Assembly: GCA_946965045.2 (NCBI GenBank)
Contig: OX337232.1
Span: forward strand, 1,798,001-1,862,000
DNA length: 64,000 nt
Direction: 5' to 3'
Origin: Epithemia pelagica
Lineage: Eukaryota; Protista; Bacillariophyta
The stretch's first letter is position 1; every line of letters starts with the position of its first letter. Positions 57,957 to 64,000 of the stretch are shown here, one piece after another. The notes beneath the pieces were generated by a model. It ran no database searches and was not told the DNA's origin. It worked only from the letters and a program-made list of their open reading frames with translations. The position numbers were made by a program, and so were the translations under genes.

Positions 57957-58130
57957 GTCGAAAGTCGAAAGTCGAAACCAACTCGAAACCAACTCGAAAC
58001 CAACTCGAAACCAACTTGGAAACCAACTCGAAACCAGTGGACACCAACCCGAAACCAGTGGACACCAACTCGAAACCAGTGGACACCAACTCGAAACCAG
58101 ACGTTAAAAACGGGACCAACCCGAAACCAA
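57957..58130. repeat. Second 11-bp satellite array (CCAACTCGAAA / CCAGTGGACA variants), same orientation as the first
   Basis: gtcgaaagtcgaaaccaactcgaaacc...gaaaccagtggacaccaac. Confidence 0.92.
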
Positions 58131-59050
58131 CACGACTTAAAACGAGAAAGCTTTAGCGATCGTCATAATACAAGACTCAGATGTGACACAAAAAACGACT
58201 AATTAACGATTCGTTTGGTCTTGAACACGTGTCTTTGACCCGAGCCCTATTGTGCATAAAATAAAATAGCTAGCCCTCGCAAAATTAGCGATCAGCCCTA
58301 GCTACCCAAAAGGAGTTTAGGTAAAGTCATCCTGGGGGAACCAAAATGCCGGGTGTCCCAGATGCAGTCTGAAAAAAATACGAATGCCTCATTTTTCTAT
58401 TGCTTCTTCTTCTCATCTCGGATCGCAGATCGCAGATCGTAGATGACGAAATAATTGCAAGTACAGCGTGTGCGAAGTCCGAAGTCGAGAATCGCATAAT
58501 AGGAATCGACACAAGAAGTGTCCATGTCTTTCTACCGTCTGAGATAAGAAATCCGACGAGATCGTAGATCGTATTCGGCATCGGATCGGACAGGCGGTGT
58601 CGTTTGTTGTGTGTGGTGCACGAACCTAGAAACCAGATTAAAAACTTGTCATGGTCATAGGAGCGTAGGAGTGGGTGTCTACTGAATGTCTTAACTCCTA
58701 GCGCCTAAACAAAAATCATACTTAAACCAAAGCCCATAACCCAATAGACCGAACTCAAATTTATGATCGAAACCATTTAAGAGCAAATTTGTCCGGGGGT
58801 AGACCCCTGCCCATGAACGTCGATCGTGATTCGGATCGTAAAACTTATACATACAAATATATATACATGTATAGGATATATTGCCTGGCCGCACCTTCTC
58901 TTCCCCCCAATCGAGCTACCTGACTCCAACCAACCAGTAATTGGAAAAGGCGGTAAAGAGCTACCTGACTCAGCTACCTGGCCCTCTTGTTTCGTTTGTC
59001 CCCTGATTCCTGTTTCTCTTTGATCAAATACCCTCTTCCATCATCACACC

Positions 59051-60367
59051 ATGTCCTCCTTCGCAAGATCCCTCGAAGAAGTATTCAACAATGTGGAGAA
59101 GTCAATGGCAGACTCAGACGAGGAGCCTGACATCAAAGAGATAGAAACTCCAAAAGCTGTAACGCAGACAGCCACTTCAGTGACGTTGGATATGAACCAA
59201 CCACAGCCAGTGACAAACAAAAGGCCTGCAGAGCCGGTGGCAAAGAGAGAATCTCCACGGCTCAAGATACAACGTCTATTGGACGAGGCAAAACGGGCGA
59301 GACTACAAAAGACCAAGAAAGGCCCTCCTACAGCACCTCCTTCTCGTGCTCCACCGGTGCCTGTCAGTGCTTCCGCGGCAACAACAAACAAGTCGACAAA
59401 AGCCAAACATTCAAAAGGCAATGGCGGAAAAGGCCGAACAAGGGGCAGGAATTTTACAAGCGATGAGACTTGGTATTTGTTGAATCTCATTGCCACTGTT
59501 CGTCTGGGTGGTCAAAACGATTGGGACCGCATTACCGAAGCCTACAACGAGAAGTTTGGTAACAGTGATGGAGAGCGGCTACGCGACAGAGAGTCCCTCA
59601 AGCGTCGCTTCAGTGCTCTCCACGGCAGGAAGATCCCTACTGGGGATCCTGACTGCCCCAAAGACGTTAAAGCTGCGAAGAGACTTGTTCGTTACATCGA
59701 ATCGCGTTGCGATTCAGGCGAAGTTGGAGACGAGGAAAACTTCTTGGGTGAGGACCAGATTTTGTTGGACAACAAGGAAGAAACAGAAGATTATGCAGAT
59801 GGAGACGTGGAAGACGATGCTTCTTTGGATGAAGAAGAAGCAGCAACCCAAGAGGAACAAAAACAACCATCCAGCAAGAACCCACGAACTCCAAAAGAAA
59901 CAAGCAAGCCTGTGGAGGGTTTGGCTCTGGATTTGGCTGAAAGACTGGAATCAAAACCGCTCCGGTCTGCCACCAAAGGCAGAAAGAAGGTAACAATCGA
60001 GGATCCCAAGAAGGACGACGGCGACATAATGAAATACCTTATTGTGTCGCAGCAGAACCGACAAAATGCAGAGGACAAGGAACGCCGTGAACGCCGTGAA
60101 AAGGAAGACCGCGACCAAGAGGAGCGCCGTGAAAGAGATGAGCGTCGCGAGCGACAAGAAGAACTTCGACAACAGCAAGCCATGCAACAATCCATGGCTA
60201 TGCAGCAGTCTATGATGCAAATGATGATGATGGTGTTTGGACAGCGCCATCCGGTGCAGAACACCCAAACCGTTCAAAATACCCAGACTGTAACGGACGA
60301 CAACATTCCCAAAGGCAATAGCGACACCACTACAAAAGAAAACACTGACGAGAACACAAAGAACTAA
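59051..60367 (+). CDS. Harbinger-associated Myb/SANT-like DNA-binding protein
   Basis: RGRNFTSDETWYLL...DWDRI...YN...RDRESLKRRF..L...PTGDP.CP..V..AK; charged/Gln-rich C-terminus. Confidence 0.85.
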   Translation: MSSFARSLEEVFNNVEKSMADSDEEPDIKEIETPKAVTQTATSVTLDMNQPQPVTNKRPAEPVAKRESPRLKIQRLLDEAKRARLQKTKKGPPTAPPSRAPPVPVSASAATTNKSTKAKHSKGNGGKGRTRGRNFTSDETWYLLNLIATVRLGGQNDWDRITEAYNEKFGNSDGERLRDRESLKRRFSALHGRKIPTGDPDCPKDVKAAKRLVRYIESRCDSGEVGDEENFLGEDQILLDNKEETEDYADGDVEDDASLDEEEAATQEEQKQPSSKNPRTPKETSKPVEGLALDLAERLESKPLRSATKGRKKVTIEDPKKDDGDIMKYLIVSQQNRQNAEDKERRERREKEDRDQEERRERDERRERQEELRQQQAMQQSMAMQQSMMQMMMMVFGQRHPVQNTQTVQNTQTVTDDNIPKGNSDTTTKENTDENTKN

Positions 60368-60395
60368 GTAGAATCATTTAACTATAGTAAAGACT

Positions 60396-61573
60396 TCAAT
60401 GCATGTAACCATATATTTCTGTGGCGGCTAAACCAGGGTAGAACGTAGAGGAGATTTGGTTAAAGCTGACTGTAGAAGCACAAAAATTGTAGAGCAAGAC
60501 AATGAGAGAGACAATCACTTTTCTCTCACCAAATTCCTCGTACCGAAGACGGTCTTTCAAACGGGGAAAGGAGGCTTGAAGGCCTCGCATCCCCCACTCG
60601 GAAAGCTGTCGGACGGATGTGGCAGCCTTGTGAATCTCACTATCTCTCCGAACTCTTCCCTGTCGGTCTGTGTTTCTCTGGTATGACTTTAGGAGACTCT
60701 CTCGTGCCTCAGAGCCAAAAGCAGAATCAACCACAATTCTTGCTCCACCACAAGCTTGTTCTCGTGCGTTGATATGGTCTAGCTTCTCGTAGGTTTTCGA
60801 GTAGACGGCCATTGTGGAATCGTGCCAGGATCCGGGCGCATTGATATAGCTGCCCGAATCCTGCCATCGGGCGAGAACACAAACAAGTTGGAAATGTAAT
60901 GATCACAATTCCAACCGTTGTAGAACATGTTCTCGAGGTCCGGATTTGCCTCAATAAGCAGTTTTAGGCCGTCCATTGCTCCCCACACGTTGGTCAACAC
61001 AGGGTACTTTTCGTTGATGACTCTTTTGAAAGTCGCCACTTCGTCACTTGTAGGCAACTTTACCATTGCGTCCGGATGATCTTTTAGCACAGTGACTAAG
61101 ACCCTTCGTCCGAATCTTAGCCATACAGAGACGGGGGTTGCAGTCATACCGAAGATGACCTGCAATGCTGTCGTCGCCCCCCTTGTCCGTGTCCAGGCTA
61201 GAACCAACGCTAGACAAATAGTTGCATTGATCAGCCTTTTCCTGCCAGTCCTCCCCGAACGTGGGAGTCGCCTCATACGGTAGGTGTTGCTTGCAGTTTG
61301 CGGATGGGGCGTCCACTCGTTGAACAGAGGAGCAAATAGTTCAAGTAGTTTTTGGAAGGACGCATGATCAAAGCCGCATAATGCAATCAAGGACGAGTCG
61401 TCTTTGCTATTAAACAAGCGGATGAATGCAGAACGTTTTGGATGCTGAAGTGCCAAACGGCCAATTCGTGCGGAGGGACGTCGTTTGAGTTGCTGCAACA
61501 TGCAATGAAGTCGTCTCTGTTTCTTCCTGTGAAGGAGAAGCATAAGAAAGGCAGTTTCCTCATGTTCGTCCAT
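60396..61573 (-). pseudogene. Harbinger (DDE_Tnp_4-type) transposase with one frameshift at ~60845
   Basis: WGAMDG, FYNGW..HYISNLFVFSPDG, then in the shifted frame NAPGSWHDS, VDSAF, RQLSEWGMRGLQASFPRL. Confidence 0.85.
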
Positions 61574-63308
61574 TGTTTTGCCTAATAACAATTCTATGAT
61601 CCTAGGACTAAAGCAATCTACATGAGGACGATGGTGGATGATGGTGGATGGAGGTGGAGGATGGTGGACGATTGTTGGATGAATGTTGGATGTTGGATGG
61701 AGTTCATTGGGGGATAGATGGCATGAAAAAGGTGAAAATGGCGCGAAGCATGAATGTAGACCTTATACCCTTAGTGTGCTGGCGTGCGCTTTGAGTCTTA
61801 CTGGTTTAGGGTTATGACTTTCAGTACCAGTACGTCTTTTAAACTTAACCCCTATTTGTCCTAAATATGGTTTGAGATTTACGTCAGATTTACGAAAATA
61901 CATTCAGTAGACACCCAGTAAGGGCTGGGGATACCGATCCATGTACATCTAAGTAGGCTCAGTACATTAATCTACGTAGTACTATTTTCATCAGTGTAAC
62001 AAGTGGGGCGGATGGTCTCAAATTGAAAACTTGCTGCCACGAGAAACAATGCAAATTGGAAGCCATCGCTCGACAATGGTGGAAGTCGTCACCCCCATGG
62101 CCATAACTTCCTCAATAATAGAGCTTGACTCGACCGCTTTGACAATAAGATTAACACAGAGCGGGGTTGAGCGAAGCCAACCCCGGCAGCTTCGCGCTAC
62201 CCCGTTCTACCAACTGCAGAGATCAGAAGAAGGTGGAAAATGCGTCGATTCAACGCGATAGATAGTGGATTTGCTGAATCATGATCAGATTATGATCAAA
62301 TGTCATGGTGAAACAAGGCAGAGATTCCAGAAATCCCGTGCATTTGAAGATTAGCAGCGAGGTCAGAGAAGTCAACGGGATCACTCTTGTTCGGCACAAT
62401 CCTGCAACTGTGATAGTGGACGACGCCAACCAGAATCTGAATGCTGGACAGGACAACCCAAGTCGTGGTCCGACACAAGCTGCGAAAGGCCAGTGATTGC
62501 GCCATTCTGTTGCTTCTTGCTACCGGTTACAAGTCAAAGTGTGGTTGCTGTCATTGAGAGGATGGGTTGTCTGTACCTTTCTCATCATCCTCATCTTTTT
62601 GTCCCATTTTCATGACCTCTTCTTTTAGCTCTACTCATCTGATTGCGGCTAGTTTGCTCTCTTGTCTGGTCACGAGCAAGCTAGATCAGTACTTGGAGCT
62701 GCATCTCTCGGTTTCAATTCTCTCGGCTCGTTCTGACCAGACCGGCGTCGTCATCAAGATCCTGTCACTGGTGGAGGAATGCATACCAAGACTCTGAATT
62801 TGCGTTCCGTTCCTAGGGCGAAATTTTTCCTTGAAAAACAAAATTGTGCAAGGGATCTCTACCTTTCTTCTGTTGGTGGAAGCAGAATTCACATATCCCA
62901 TGTTCCTTCCCTGGTACCCGAAATGGAGATAGACTTCGCATTCGTTACGATTGGACGGAGGAGCCGCCCGACCCTTTGCACATCGACGCCGTTTGGCTTG
63001 TCATGCCTTGCGTCACATTTCTGGAGACTTGCTCAGGACAGTTCCACTGGCACTAGTTTCGGGTGTACGTATTGTAGAATCACATCCAAATCGCCATCTC
63101 ATCCAGCACGTGCACTGGATGTCGCGAGCCTTCAGAACTCACGTGTTTTCGTCGCTGCTGGATTGGGAGATATTAGCCAGCGCCGTGTGTTGCAAGATTC
63201 AGATCAATCCCAACTCCCAACTCCCAACCACTGATCCAGGAAACAACTCTTGCCATAAGTCCGTCGCTGACTATGACTGCAAGGTTGCTACTACGTCACG
63301 TCACCGGC

Positions 63309-63400
63309 CAGGGGCGTGACATGACGCCGTCAAAAAATGACGGGAATATGTTCCCGTCTGGTTTTTCCCGTCACTCCCGTCACCTTTGGGAAATTGATAA
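63309..63400. mobile_element. Probable terminus of another DNA transposon (hAT-like CAGGGG start, subterminal CCGTCA/TGACGG motifs)
   Basis: caggggcgtgacatgacgccgtcaaaaaatgacggg...cccgtcactcccgtcac. Partner end not in the window. Confidence 0.4.
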
Positions 63401-63534
63401 AGACAACATGGATGGATGATGGAAATAACATGTATTGACTAACTTGGTGCATAAATATAATATAGAATGGTCTCTGGTGTCTGCTAATGGTGTTTGAATG
63501 CTCCCATAATGGACGGAAGCTTCATTCCGTCTCT

Positions 63535-64000
63535 TCAGAGGATAAATTCTGCAAGCAAATACTTATCCCGCCTCACATAGTCTTTCCGACTAAAGTATCG
63601 CTTGTCCTCCTGAGCAAAGTTCTTAAGATTTTCACTGGGCAAAGGCTCCAATGTATCTGAGCGTGTCTCTGGTGGGTCTTTGTCGTATCCAGGCTGTAGT
63701 TGTTCTGTTGCAGCTGCAGCTGCCCGTTGCGCAGCACGACCAGCCCGAGTCGGAGAATGTTCCGTTCGTAGACGAGCTGCGTTCTCACGGGCCATTGCAG
63801 CAAAATCAACAACACTACCAGCATCACTGTCACCATCCAATGCTTCTATGTTGATGGGATCATGCATTTCATTTTCATAGCCCGTACCGTCATTAGGATC
63901 CTCATCGTACAGGGATTCATCATCAGGAAACGACGACTGGATTGCATCTAACAATTGTTGCATCTCTGGTCCCAATTGTGTATCGCTTGTATTGGCATTC
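63535..64000 (-). CDS. 3' end of a gene truncated by the window edge (acidic low-complexity protein, possibly element-encoded)
   Basis: Frame is open from the window edge to the stop at 63535. No recognised motif. Confidence 0.45.
   Translation of the reverse strand, partial: NANTSDTQLGPEMQQLLDAIQSSFPDDESLYDEDPNDGTGYENEMHDPINIEALDGDSDAGSVVDFAAMARENAARLRTEHSPTRAGRAAQRAAAAATEQLQPGYDKDPPETRSDTLEPLPSENLKNFAQEDKRYFSRKDYVRRDKYLLAEFIL

Larger units (their letters stand above)
58673..61916. mobile_element. Complete PIF/Harbinger DNA transposon (3244 bp)
   Basis: Perfect 17-bp TIR GGGTGTCTACTGAATGT at 58673-58689 and 61900-61916. 3-bp TSD AGT on both sides. Convergent Myb-like and DDE ORFs. Confidence 0.92.

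Noticed and set aside
55021-58130. 11-bp arrays as a CRISPR array or telomeric repeat
   Set aside because: Units are contiguous with no unique spacers, no cas genes are present, the context is eukaryotic, and the unit does not resemble TTAGGG-type repeats.

Overview
Gene-dense eukaryotic DNA with short (about 65-110 bp) GT-AG introns. Gene content (DUF6824-type, helicase-associated and 2OG-Fe(II)-ankyrin proteins, G6PD-6PGD fusion, mevalonate pathway) points to a pennate diatom; this is inference. Bases 1-54 kb hold about 22 protein genes, including tmk, TMEM184, an SLC25 carrier, MVD, FSH1, FAM136A, RABL6-like, PSMA5, U1A/U2B'', a P450 and G6PD::6PGD. Bases ~54.8-64 kb are transposon-rich. 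They contain a non-autonomous hAT-like element (8-bp TSD) nested in an 11-bp satellite, a complete PIF/Harbinger element (17-bp TIRs, 3-bp TSD, Myb-like ORF, frameshifted DDE ORF) and the probable end of another element. Most unusual observations: (1) an ABCB-type half-transporter with an N-terminal CAP-Gly domain, apparently related to a neighbouring inverted CAP-Gly gene; (2) a head-to-head paralog pair sharing an unnamed helical domain, intron position and SIM-like motifs; (3) a 1895-aa membrane-anchored protein built from about 12 copies of a ~130-aa repeat; (4) a TRIC/UPF0126 protein with an inserted EF-hand. Family assignments come from motif recognition by eye; no database searches were run.
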